A stretch of 64,000 nt of DNA, taken from the sequence record MW460245.1; one strand, given 5' to 3'. A program made the position numbers and the translations under genes. Positions 8,817 through 17,262 of this stretch are shown one piece after another. The notes beneath the pieces were generated by a model, which saw only the letters and a list, made by a program, of their open reading frames with translations, was not told the origin of the DNA and searched no databases. Numbering within the stretch: the stretch's first letter is position 1; each line of letters starts with the position of its first letter.

Positions 8817-9623
8817 ATGAATTGCTCATTCGAACCGATCAGCGATGTTGAGATCGCCTTGGTGTTGAAGGCTGCTGGCATCGCTATGTACAACGCCAAC
8901 GTAGGTCTTCCGGAATTGGAAGACGGCGAGGTGGATACCCAAATCATCGACCAGATGATGGCAGACGGCATGGTACCGTCGCCCGACTCGGCACGCATCA
9001 CCTGTATCCTTGAGGCGTTCAAGGGCGCAGTGCGAGACTTCACGATGAATGGCGTTATCGAACGCGGCTTCAACAAGGCCATGAACGCAATGCTGGACGA
9101 GGATGAAGACGATCCTGAGGACGACGAAGACGTCCGCGACGATTCGGAAGGGGACGAGGACGAAGTGGATTCGGAGCATGTGGCTCGTGGTCCGGCGCCG
9201 AAGAAAGGCAGGAAGTTCACCTTGGAACGGCGCATGTCGCCTCAGCAGCAGCGGTTCGACCTGTACAGTGACATCTGGTACGTTCTGCAGGAACGCCTCG
9301 ACCTGCCGTTCGAAAAGCTGGATCCGCAATCCACCTTTAAGGAGCTTGGATCTAAGCAAAGGAAGTCGGCAACATTGGATGATATCGCCAAGGATCTTAC
9401 CGTAGAATACGACTTCGTATTCTTCAACTTTGACCAGCTTCGACCGGCTTCGACGTTGGTCGATCTGGTGCTGCATGTCATCGATGACCTGGAACGAGAC
9501 AGCGTGGATCACGCGAACATCGCTTTTGGTATGCCGAGTGCCCTGCTGAGCCGTGCGGATGCATGCAGTGCAGAACTCCTCCAGTGGCACGGGGCCATCG
9601 TGGCCACTATCGAAAACGAATAA
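8817..9623 (+). CDS. hypothetical protein with acidic linker and a possible degenerate acyl-carrier-protein-like domain
   Basis: AAAGGA RBS; D/E-rich linker; LQERLDLPFEKLDPQSTFKELG...EYD...TLVDLVLHV aligns by eye with ACP. Confidence 0.7.
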   Translation: MNCSFEPISDVEIALVLKAAGIAMYNANVGLPELEDGEVDTQIIDQMMADGMVPSPDSARITCILEAFKGAVRDFTMNGVIERGFNKAMNAMLDEDEDDPEDDEDVRDDSEGDEDEVDSEHVARGPAPKKGRKFTLERRMSPQQQRFDLYSDIWYVLQERLDLPFEKLDPQSTFKELGSKQRKSATLDDIAKDLTVEYDFVFFNFDQLRPASTLVDLVLHVIDDLERDSVDHANIAFGMPSALLSRADACSAELLQWHGAIVATIENE

Positions 9624-9636
9624 CCAAGGAACATTC

Positions 9637-10437
9637 ATGTTGAACGACAAGCAACTCACGAATCTCGCCAAGGTCGAGGCCCTCACCTTCAAGCTGAAGG
9701 CAGCTCTGAAGACTGCACGGGAACATGCCGAAAAAGGCGTCGGTCTGACCGCACTCCTGACCGATGCGGAAGACGTGCCGGACGATATCCTAATCGCCGC
9801 AACGCAGACCATGCAATGCTTCCGCGCTGCGATGGTATGCATGTTCGGCCCGGACGATCCCTCCGAGCAGGAGGTGTGGCAGACGTGCATCGATTCGCTG
9901 CTGATCCTGGAGAAGCTGCTGCAAGCCGATCCTGCCAAGTACCACACGCAGCTTGAGAGCGTCAACGTCTACCTGATCGCAGCTCGCGCGACGATGGAAA
10001 TGTTCGCGCTGCGCGACGAGATCATGGCCCGTGACGATGACTTCCTGACGCCGCTCGGCAATCACATGCTGCACGTGACTCGCTTGATGGGTGAGCGGCG
10101 CGCGGTCCAGGACATAGCAATCGACCGTGACGTGCCTGCATCCCTCCGCCTGATCGGCGGCTTCATCCATGTCACGCTTCCGCTTCTGCTGGAGAAGCCG
10201 TCGTCGCCTCATGTCATCGAGGCGAACACGAAACGGGTCGAAGACCTGAACCAATTCAGCGCTTACGTGGACGAGGTCGCGTCTTACGTCGAGCGCGGTG
10301 GCGCGAAGCAGCAAGCATCTTACCGAAGCGCCGAGAAGTACCATGAAGTCCTGATTGCAGTTCGTGACATCACGCGCGAATTCGCAGCAGCCCTCCAAAC
10401 CAAGTTGGCCCTTGAACTTATGAAGGTGGCACGATGA
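9637..10437 (+). CDS. hypothetical all-helical protein
   Basis: AAGGA RBS; 266 aa. Confidence 0.75.
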   Translation: MLNDKQLTNLAKVEALTFKLKAALKTAREHAEKGVGLTALLTDAEDVPDDILIAATQTMQCFRAAMVCMFGPDDPSEQEVWQTCIDSLLILEKLLQADPAKYHTQLESVNVYLIAARATMEMFALRDEIMARDDDFLTPLGNHMLHVTRLMGERRAVQDIAIDRDVPASLRLIGGFIHVTLPLLLEKPSSPHVIEANTKRVEDLNQFSAYVDEVASYVERGGAKQQASYRSAEKYHEVLIAVRDITREFAAALQTKLALELMKVAR

Positions 10438-10784
10438 GCTTCTCCCAACCTACCTCCGAAGAGATTCGCGGCATCAAGGAAGTCCGCGCCGAGACCGGCC
10501 TCGGTCTGCGCGAGGCACGCGACCTCTTCTTTAAGCACAACGGCGACGTCAGCGGCGCCATCAAGTCGGTCAAGAGCAACTACCAGCCTGAGTACAAATC
10601 TGACCTGGTCATCCAGGGCTATTGGGTGCAAGGCTGCCACGTGCTCATGGCCTACGAAGGCTTCAACCTCGAACTGTCTCCCCGTGAGATTGTCGATATC
10701 AAGGCGGACGGGGGCGTGGTACGTGCCCTTGTGTACAAGGATGAGGCTGATCGCAAAATCGCCGATGTCATGAGGGCAGCATGA
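10434..10784 (+). CDS. protein with ribosomal protein L7/L12 C-terminal-like (or EF-Ts UBA-like) N-domain
   Basis: IKEVRAETGLGLREARDL matches the L7/L12 motif IKxVRxxTGLGLKEAKDL; NGDVSGAI resembles the EF-Ts N-domain. Confidence 0.65.
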   Translation: MSFSQPTSEEIRGIKEVRAETGLGLREARDLFFKHNGDVSGAIKSVKSNYQPEYKSDLVIQGYWVQGCHVLMAYEGFNLELSPREIVDIKADGGVVRALVYKDEADRKIADVMRAA

Positions 10785-11362
10785 GAACCATCAACCTGTT
10801 GCAAGCGCTGCGCGCGGTCCGGAAGGACAAGGATAACGAGGAGTACATGCTGGCCGAGGAGATTGGGCCACAGGTCAACATCAACGGCCTTTACGGGAAC
10901 TGGGAGATCGAAGGTTTCGATGAGCGCCTCAAAGGCTACTGGCTCATCAAGTGGCAGTGTACCGATACCTGGGTGGGTACATGCGCGATCTTTCTCGACA
11001 ATGAGTTGGTTGGCTACTTTTCGCAAGGTGCGCGTCGTTCTTCGAAGGAATGGGAATTCGTCAATCAGGAGGCAGTCGATAAGCTGCACGCCTTCCTGAA
11101 GCCGAAACCGAACAGCGAGAATATCGAGTTCATCGATCCTGACGAGGAGATTCCGACCTTCTTCTCGTATCCGTACGAAGGCGGTCAGCTCATTCGCGAA
11201 GGGCGGTACCAGAACCGGGAGTGTAAATACGTTGTGCCGCAGCCTGAACACATCCGCAAGAAGGCTGTTAGTACAGAAATCGAAGTCGAGTTTAGTGACA
11301 GCACTCGTGCGATCATTCCTGCCAAGGAATTCATGATGCCGATTCAACTGGAGGACATATGA
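10781..11362 (+). CDS. hypothetical phage protein
   Basis: ATGA-coupled; WQCTDTWVG motif. Confidence 0.75.
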   Translation: MRTINLLQALRAVRKDKDNEEYMLAEEIGPQVNINGLYGNWEIEGFDERLKGYWLIKWQCTDTWVGTCAIFLDNELVGYFSQGARRSSKEWEFVNQEAVDKLHAFLKPKPNSENIEFIDPDEEIPTFFSYPYEGGQLIREGRYQNRECKYVVPQPEHIRKKAVSTEIEVEFSDSTRAIIPAKEFMMPIQLEDI

Positions 11363-11619
11363 AGAGCTTACTTATCGCCACTGCTGCGTGCATCGTGCTG
11401 AGCGCTGCATTCCTCACCGGCTGCACTGACAGCAGCAAGGCGAAGCAGACGCTGGAAGCGGCAGGCTACACGGACATCCAGATCACCGGGTACGACGTGT
11501 TCGCCTGCAGCAAAGACGACACGTTCCACACTGGCTTCACTGCCCGCAATCCGCGTGGTCAGTTCGTGGAAGGTACGGTGTGCAGTGCTTGGTTCAAAGG
11601 CGCAACGATCCGTTTCTAA
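11359..11619 (+). CDS. phage lipoprotein
   Basis: Basic N-terminus, hydrophobic core, lipobox LTGC; GYTDIQITGY..FACSKDD.F.TGF.A...G.VC pattern. Confidence 0.8.
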   Translation: MKSLLIATAACIVLSAAFLTGCTDSSKAKQTLEAAGYTDIQITGYDVFACSKDDTFHTGFTARNPRGQFVEGTVCSAWFKGATIRF

Positions 11620-11629
11620 GGAGAAGACG

Positions 11630-11857
11630 ATGGGTCTGGTGAAGAAAATCACCCACAAGGAATACGCGGACTGGAAGGTCCGCTTCTACCAAAGCGGCGC
11701 CAACAAGGATCTCCGCCTTGGTCAGGCGTTCCTGAACAAGTTCTATCCGCACCTCGCCTGTCCTGAGCTGTTCTATGAAACAGACGCCGGCAAGGCGGAA
11801 CGTGCGATCTTCGAGCAGTACGTCACAGGTCCGGAGCCTGGTCCCGATGGCAACTGA
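11630..11857 (+). CDS. conserved-type small phage protein
   Basis: AAGGAG RBS; LRLGQAFLN...LFYE motif. Confidence 0.75.
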   Translation: MGLVKKITHKEYADWKVRFYQSGANKDLRLGQAFLNKFYPHLACPELFYETDAGKAERAIFEQYVTGPEPGPDGN

Positions 11858-12065
11858 CAAACTCCTCTCGGCATTGGCCGCCGCTTTCAACATCCGTAAC
11901 CCTGGTGCTGACAAGCGGAACTGGCCAGAAGACTTCCCGCACGACAATGGTTGCTACCAGAACTCGTGTATCACCTGCGGAGGGCTCTTCTTGGGCCATA
12001 AGCGCAGGCTGTTGTGCAAGCAGTGCGACGGTAACACCCCTCAAATCCAAACTGGAGAACTGTAA
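11847..12065 (+). CDS. small Zn-ribbon protein
   Basis: CITC...CKQC pairs. Confidence 0.7.
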   Translation: MATDKLLSALAAAFNIRNPGADKRNWPEDFPHDNGCYQNSCITCGGLFLGHKRRLLCKQCDGNTPQIQTGEL

Positions 12066-12574
12066 TGAGCGATACCCAAAATATCCTGAAGGTTGTGGAC
12101 GACCTCGTCCTGCAGAAGACGCTTACCGTCGAAGCTGCTGAAGGCTTGGTCAAGCTGCGTGAGCGTGTGAAGAGTCTCGAAGCAGCAAACGAAAGCCTGA
12201 AGGCGAGCCTGACCGAATCGCAGCGTGAGAACGCGGACTACAAGGGTCGCCTGGATCGCACCATCGCCGACCTGCGTGTTCTGCAGGAGAAGGAAAGCAG
12301 CGTGCGTGAGCGTGAGGCGAAGGTCACGGAACTGGAGCGCAAGGCCGCTGTCGCTCAAGCAGAGGCGAGCGCTTACCTGACTTCGATGAAGATCGTTTTC
12401 GCCCCGAACATCGTCCGCGAATCGGTGCAGAAGTGGGGTTCGGTGGCTGGTCCGAACGGCATGTCGATCCCCACCAGCGACGGTGGTACGGTGAATCGCG
12501 CTGAAGGCTACGAGCAACCCGGTAGCGCTGCAGGATCTAGCGGCCCGCACGGTGGTGTGGACACCAAGCTGTAA
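12065..12574 (+). CDS. coiled-coil protein
   Basis: GGAG RBS; long heptad region. Confidence 0.75.
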   Translation: MSDTQNILKVVDDLVLQKTLTVEAAEGLVKLRERVKSLEAANESLKASLTESQRENADYKGRLDRTIADLRVLQEKESSVREREAKVTELERKAAVAQAEASAYLTSMKIVFAPNIVRESVQKWGSVAGPNGMSIPTSDGGTVNRAEGYEQPGSAAGSSGPHGGVDTKL

Positions 12575-12592
12575 AACCTCAACGTAGAGGAC

Positions 12593-12612
12593 GGGAGCTT
12601 CGGCTCCCTTTT
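12593..12612 (+). terminator. rho-independent terminator
   Basis: GGGAGC-TTCG-GCTCCC-TTTT. Confidence 0.8.
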
Positions 12613-12653
12613 ACCATATGCTCAGCGCATTCAAATACCTGTGGAGAAAAACG

Positions 12654-12986
12654 ATGGCTACGGTCAACGTCAATGGCGTTACGATCTCAGGCGGTAACAT
12701 CTCGATCGTCAACGGCAAGGTCTACGTGGACGGCAATCTGGTGGAAACTGGCGAAGCAAAGACGATCAACATCAATGTGGAAGGCTCGGTCGAATCGATC
12801 AAGGCAGATGCCTGCTCCTACGTGAAGGTCTCGGGCGATGCAGGAACCGTATCGACCGTGTCTGGTGACGTCCAGTGCGGCAACGTCCTTCATGGTTCGG
12901 TCTCAACGGTGAACGGTGACGTGAAGTGCGGTAACGTCATGGGGAACGTATCGACCGTTTCGGGAGATATCAGCCGTGGCAAGTGA
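12654..12986 (+). CDS. beta-strand repeat (DUF4097-like beta-helix) protein
   Basis: GGAG RBS; repeated VSTVSGDV(Q/K)CGNV units. Confidence 0.7.
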   Translation: MATVNVNGVTISGGNISIVNGKVYVDGNLVETGEAKTININVEGSVESIKADACSYVKVSGDAGTVSTVSGDVQCGNVLHGSVSTVNGDVKCGNVMGNVSTVSGDISRGK

Positions 12987-13230
12987 CGAAGGCTTGGACT
13001 GGATTCTGACTCAAGACGAAGCGCGTTCAGTATCGAAAATGCTGGCGGCACGGGAAGAATTACCGCAAGGTAACGTAGTCGTGTCCTGGCGCCGCAACGT
13101 CGTTCATCAGGTTGAAGTTGAGAGCCACGGCAACTTCGTCTACATCAACCTCAAGGGCGGTGGTAAGGCTGAGGTCCACTCATCGCTGGAAGCGTTCTGT
13201 AAGGCATATCAGATTGAAATACCGCAGTAA
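12976..13230 (+). CDS. hypothetical phage protein
   Basis: Overlapping GTG start. Confidence 0.65.
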   Translation: MASDEGLDWILTQDEARSVSKMLAAREELPQGNVVVSWRRNVVHQVEVESHGNFVYINLKGGGKAEVHSSLEAFCKAYQIEIPQ

Positions 13231-13233
13231 ATA
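13227..13233 (+). promoter_or_regulatory. putative late promoter (TAAATA core)
   Basis: CAGTAAATAAG at a gene junction; motif recurs at 15027, 16528, 31234, 35107, 51512, 60560. Confidence 0.5.
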
Positions 13234-13332
13234 AGTAATAGAAACAGTTTCAGACCGCGCTTCAATTTGATGCGGATCGACTCCACGTGAGTTCGTTCTA
13301 CCATCGAAATCCTTTTGAAAAAGGAAGCGACA

Positions 13333-13565
13333 ATGAAACTGAGACACTTGAGGTCCTCCACCGCCGGCAAGATACCAGATATCACGGCGATGCCAGAGGG
13401 CCGCATTGCAATCAACACCACGGACGGGCGCCATCTACTCTACGGTAGATGGCGCCGTCGCCGCTTTGGCGGACTCTAACCTGGTCGAGCTCTACGACAG
13501 TGGTGGCTTGGTCCAGACAGTCAACACAAAAAACCCCACGCAAGGCAAAATCACGATCAACGTGA
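13333..13565 (+). pseudogene. frameshifted, truncated tail-fibre-like gene
   Basis: AAGGAAG RBS; MKLRHLRSSTAGKIPDITAMPEGRIAINTTDG, then a +1 G (GGG run near 13426) and AIYSTVDGAV...; matches the RS.T.GK.P...GE.AIN..DG.IY tail-fibre N-terminus. Confidence 0.6.
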
Positions 13566-13811
13566 TGGACGCCGTTCCTCGGCTTCACCGCAGCCACGTA
13601 TTACCTGAAGGACAACAACGTCAGCAGCAATCGCTCGCAGTCGTACATCCTGAACGCATCATACTCGCTGTCGAAGCGGACGCAGCTTTATGCTGACCTT
13701 GGCTATGTCAGCAACCGCGGCACGATGAACCAAGGCCTCGCCTACGGTCAACCGGTAGCAGCAGGTCGCTCGACGACGGCTGCTATGATGGGCATGCGTC
13801 ACACCTTCTAA
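13566..13811 (+). pseudogene. C-terminal fragment of a Gram-negative (Burkholderiales-type) porin (not in ORF track)
   Basis: WTPFLGFTAATYY...ASYSLSKRTQLYADLGYVSN...MMGMRHTF*; no start codon; YSLSKRTxxY and G.RH.F end are porin hallmarks. Confidence 0.8.
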
Positions 13812-13824
13812 CAAGGAGCAATCA

Positions 13825-15030
13825 ATGAAACGGATTTTCGGGCTCATAGCCCTTGTTCTCTCTGCTGGTCTCGCCAGCGCGCAGCAGCCGAAGCTGGAAG
13901 GCTTCGATTTGAAACAGGCATCGATCCCGCCGTTCGAGGTCCCTGCGTTCTACAACACGGTCCCCGTTGCAGGGATGACCGTCGGTACCCTTCTCGCGAA
14001 GGAAGAACTCAGCGTCCCGAACGCGAAGGCATGGCGCATCATGTACGTCTCGGAACGCAGCGATGGCACGCACGTTCCGGCATCCGGCATCGTGGTATCT
14101 CCGAAGGCTGCGTCGGTCGCCAGTCGTCCTGTTGTCGTATGGGCGCACGGTACGACCGGCACTGCGCGAGGGTGTGCACCGTCGCTGGCTCCGAATCCGG
14201 CACGTCAGCTGGTACAGCGCGGTTCAGAGGAGAACCTGCCCATCGATATCGGTATTCCGTTCCTGAACGATTGGATCGCGAATGGCTACACGGTGGTGGC
14301 TCCTGACTACGCTGGCCTGGGATCGAACGCTATGCATCATTACCTCCTCGGTGAGGATGCTGCGCGTGATATCCACAACATGGTGAGGGCTGCGCGTTCG
14401 TTGCATCAAGCGAACGCTGGCACAGACGTAGCGCTGTTCGGTTGGTCGCAAGGCGGACAAGCTGTTCTCTTTGCAGGTGAGAATGGCAAAGCCTACGCGC
14501 CTGACAACAAGATCAGGAGCATCGTTGCACTGGCACCTGCAGCTACCATCATGTCGCCGGCAATCAACGCGATCTTCAAGTCCAAGACACCATATGCTCT
14601 GATGCTGTCTGCCGGCTACATCGATGCCTACAAGGTCGACCGCGGTATCTTCACCGAAGACGGCCAGAAGCTGTTGGCTTCCACGCAGAAGAATTGCGTG
14701 GTATCGATGTTCGGTGACATCGCCAAGTCAGGCCCGGCTATCACGTCGAACGTATCGGACAATCCGGGTTGGGCTGCTGCGCTCGCTCTGAACAATGCAG
14801 GTTCGAAGGCATCGTCACCTGTTCTGGTGTACCAAGGGACCACCGACATGATCGTTCCGCCGGCGTCCACCAAGGCGTACACGCAACGCGCTACCGCAGC
14901 AGGAACGCAGGTGCAGGTCACCGTGACCTCTTCGTCAAGAAGGCTGAGATCATTGCTCGGATCAAGGCTGGCTTCTCCAACTGAGCAGTACGGCCCCGCA
15001 CTAATCCTGCGGGGTTTTTCACGGCTGTAA
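13825..15030 (+). CDS. secreted lipase/esterase (LIP family alpha/beta hydrolase), probably frameshifted near the C-terminus
   Basis: Signal peptide; AHGTTG, VVAPDYAGLG, GWSQG nucleophile, QGTTD acid residue; His-containing natural end GHRDLF...FSN* lies in another frame (14916-14984). Confidence 0.85.
   Translation: MKRIFGLIALVLSAGLASAQQPKLEGFDLKQASIPPFEVPAFYNTVPVAGMTVGTLLAKEELSVPNAKAWRIMYVSERSDGTHVPASGIVVSPKAASVASRPVVVWAHGTTGTARGCAPSLAPNPARQLVQRGSEENLPIDIGIPFLNDWIANGYTVVAPDYAGLGSNAMHHYLLGEDAARDIHNMVRAARSLHQANAGTDVALFGWSQGGQAVLFAGENGKAYAPDNKIRSIVALAPAATIMSPAINAIFKSKTPYALMLSAGYIDAYKVDRGIFTEDGQKLLASTQKNCVVSMFGDIAKSGPAITSNVSDNPGWAAALALNNAGSKASSPVLVYQGTTDMIVPPASTKAYTQRATAAGTQVQVTVTSSSRRLRSLLGSRLASPTEQYGPALILRGFSRL
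14994..15019 (+). terminator. rho-independent terminator
   Basis: CCCCGCA-CTAATCC-TGCGGGG-TTTTT, 10 bp after the alternative-frame stop at 14984. Confidence 0.8.
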
Positions 15031-15033
15031 ATA
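15027..15033 (+). promoter_or_regulatory. putative late promoter
   Basis: TGTAAATAC directly after a terminator and upstream of an AGGAG RBS. Confidence 0.45.
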
Positions 15034-15061
15034 CAACGTGACCATCTGATAGGAGCAACAA

Positions 15062-15469
15062 ATGAACTTTGCATCAACGCATGGCCTAGTGACCTGGATC
15101 GGGGTCGCGATCTGGGCTGCCTGCTTTTTCTATGTATCACGCAAGCTGTTCACTCAGCTGGAGCATATCGAGAAGGGTTCTATAGGGATACCGTGTTCCA
15201 TAGCGGCAGTCATGTTCCTTGTAGCCGGCGGAATTCTGACCATCTTCGATCTCATCATTCTGTGGAAGGCTGCAATGTGGCTCGTTAGCGGTGCGACAGG
15301 CGGCCAGCTCATTGCTTTCGTCTTTGCATCGGCGTTGTGGGGCGCATCGGCGATCTTTACCTACGAGGTCTACCGCACTGGCGCACCGCAATGCTGGTTG
15401 CTGTTCCTGCTGCTGACGGCTGTTAGTGTCGGCTCCTATTTCCTCCTCACCACCAAGGTATTCGCATGA
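15062..15469 (+). CDS. four-TM membrane protein
   Basis: AGGAG RBS; four hydrophobic helices. Confidence 0.8.
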   Translation: MNFASTHGLVTWIGVAIWAACFFYVSRKLFTQLEHIEKGSIGIPCSIAAVMFLVAGGILTIFDLIILWKAAMWLVSGATGGQLIAFVFASALWGASAIFTYEVYRTGAPQCWLLFLLLTAVSVGSYFLLTTKVFA

Positions 15470-16041
15470 GCAACTACAAACTGGATCCGCGTACCATCCC
15501 TTCCGCTGAGCAGATTCAAGCAGCAGCTGAGCACTACGGCGTCGAGCTCACGGATGTACCTAACTTCGAAGGTGGACCTACGCCGGAGTGCATCAAGCAT
15601 TTCGAGGAGTTCCAGAAATACATCCTGTCTGACGATGAGCTGAAGGCTGCGATGGGTTCGCAAGAAGGTGAACCGAAAGCGGCCTTCGTCATCGACTCTG
15701 TTCCTGCAGGTTTGGAGAACGTCCCGCTGACGCACGACGACATGCTGCGAATCTCTGGCGTGCGCCAGTACACCACGAACCCGATCAGCCGACGTGCTAA
15801 CGAAGGCTCGGAGAAAGGTTTCAAGAAGGGTGAACTGGTGTCGATCATCGGTGCACCTCGCGGTCACAAGATCATGACCGAAGGCTTCGGTGAAAAGATT
15901 CATGATGCCTTCTACGCTGACAGGCCGGCAGCACGCAAATGGGTTGACCGCACGAAAGAGGATGCGGAGAAGCTGGACAAGGCAAAGGCGAAGCGCGCAC
16001 GGAGGGCTGCGAAGCTGATGAAACAAGGAGGTCTGTCGTGA
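15466..16041 (+). CDS. hypothetical phage protein
   Basis: ATGA-coupled; basic C-terminus. Confidence 0.75.
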   Translation: MSNYKLDPRTIPSAEQIQAAAEHYGVELTDVPNFEGGPTPECIKHFEEFQKYILSDDELKAAMGSQEGEPKAAFVIDSVPAGLENVPLTHDDMLRISGVRQYTTNPISRRANEGSEKGFKKGELVSIIGAPRGHKIMTEGFGEKIHDAFYADRPAARKWVDRTKEDAEKLDKAKAKRARRAAKLMKQGGLS

Positions 16042-16160
16042 GCTGCATCGTTGCGTGCCTGATCTATTTCACAGGCGCTATCACTGCACCGCCAGTTGTG
16101 CAGACGTATTACCGACAGGTTACGGCAACGGACCTGCTCATCACGGAGGTCTACCGATGA
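16038..16160 (+). CDS. 40-aa hypothetical protein (not in ORF track)
   Basis: AAGGAGG RBS, GTG start; TGA overlaps next ATG. Confidence 0.55.
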   Translation: MSCIVACLIYFTGAITAPPVVQTYYRQVTATDLLITEVYR

Positions 16161-16522
16161 CCGTCATACATGCATCGGTGCTGGTCATGAGTCTTGTCTT
16201 CTGCGCAGCTGGTACGCATGCCTTGAAGACATATCCGAACAAACCGTATTTCTTCTGGCTGTGGGTCATCGGAGCCTTGTTGTTCCTCTGGCCGCTGGTT
16301 AACATCATCGATTGGGCGGTCATGACTGTCCACAATTGGTCTGACCATACCAAGGCTTCTGTAGCTTTGACGTTTGCTGTCGTTACGCTTGCCGTGTTCC
16401 TTGCTTGGAAGCGAGACTTCTACAAGCACGAGACACGCGCAGTCGCTCTATTCTTTGTCGTAGGTTGGTTCGTGGTGTGGGTGATCCTGCTGACTGTCCT
16501 GACCAACCTCGGCTTCATCTGA
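16157..16522 (+). CDS. four-TM membrane protein
   Basis: GGAGG RBS; hydrophobic helices. Confidence 0.8.
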   Translation: MTVIHASVLVMSLVFCAAGTHALKTYPNKPYFFWLWVIGALLFLWPLVNIIDWAVMTVHNWSDHTKASVALTFAVVTLAVFLAWKRDFYKHETRAVALFFVVGWFVVWVILLTVLTNLGFI

Positions 16523-16527
16523 AGGAA

Positions 16528-16534
16528 GTAAATA
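16528..16534 (+). promoter_or_regulatory. putative late promoter
   Basis: AAGTAAATAG at a gene junction (only 2 bp before the next ATG, so may be coincidental). Confidence 0.3.
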
Positions 16535-16536
16535 GC

Positions 16537-16866
16537 ATGGCAACCGCACGCCGGGTGTCGCGTATGCACGCCGCACTCCAACAACTCTGGGACAAGGGAT
16601 ACAAGGTTCCCATCGGTGACCTACCTGAAGGTAGTCTAGCCTTGTACAGTTGGGATGACAGCACTGATACCGAAGGTGCAAAATTCGCGATGATGTTCAT
16701 CACTCGTAAGACCCTGAACCTTGTATACGGTGGTTGGATCGACAGTACCGGCGAACCGGAGGACGGTCCAGAGCTTTCCGTGTCCAAGAATCGCTACGCT
16801 GTTCGGATGTTCCCGGCGTACACGCCCCAAGAATTCAACGTCTCGGTTTTCGAACCTGAGGCTTAA
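16537..16866 (+). CDS. hypothetical phage protein
   Basis: ORF following an AAGGAAG RBS. Confidence 0.7.
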   Translation: MATARRVSRMHAALQQLWDKGYKVPIGDLPEGSLALYSWDDSTDTEGAKFAMMFITRKTLNLVYGGWIDSTGEPEDGPELSVSKNRYAVRMFPAYTPQEFNVSVFEPEA

Positions 16867-16896
16867 CCGCCCGGAAGGGCTACACTGGAGAGTTAC

Positions 16897-17262
16897 ATGA
16901 GCAATATCGAAATGAAGGTCGAACTGGCAGAAGTCTCGCAGAAGGAGGAAGCACCGGAGGTCAATCGCGGTCGCGAACGCCGTTCGTTCACAGCAACGCC
17001 GCCGACGGCAGCAGAATTGGATGCAGGCGTGGTCGACTTCTCGGAAGCGCTCACGGAGATCAACTTCGCGCAGCGTGAGCTGACCGAGGCTATCTCGGCT
17101 GGGCAGAAGGAACGCACGCTTGCTGCCTACGCCAAGCTTCGGAAGTATACCGATGCCCTCGGTCAGTACATCACGCGTACCCTCGAAGACGCGCACTGGC
17201 TGGAACTCGCGCAGCAGGCACGCGCTGGTGGTTTCGTAGGCGACAAGACGGAGGCAGAATGA
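16897..17262 (+). CDS. hypothetical helical protein
   Basis: GGAG RBS. Confidence 0.75.
   Translation: MSNIEMKVELAEVSQKEEAPEVNRGRERRSFTATPPTAAELDAGVVDFSEALTEINFAQRELTEAISAGQKERTLAAYAKLRKYTDALGQYITRTLEDAHWLELAQQARAGGFVGDKTEAE

Noticed and set aside
13406-13696. 96-aa ORF in the track taken as a real gene
   Set aside because: It is a chimera of the post-frameshift tail-fibre frame and an out-of-frame reading of the porin fragment.
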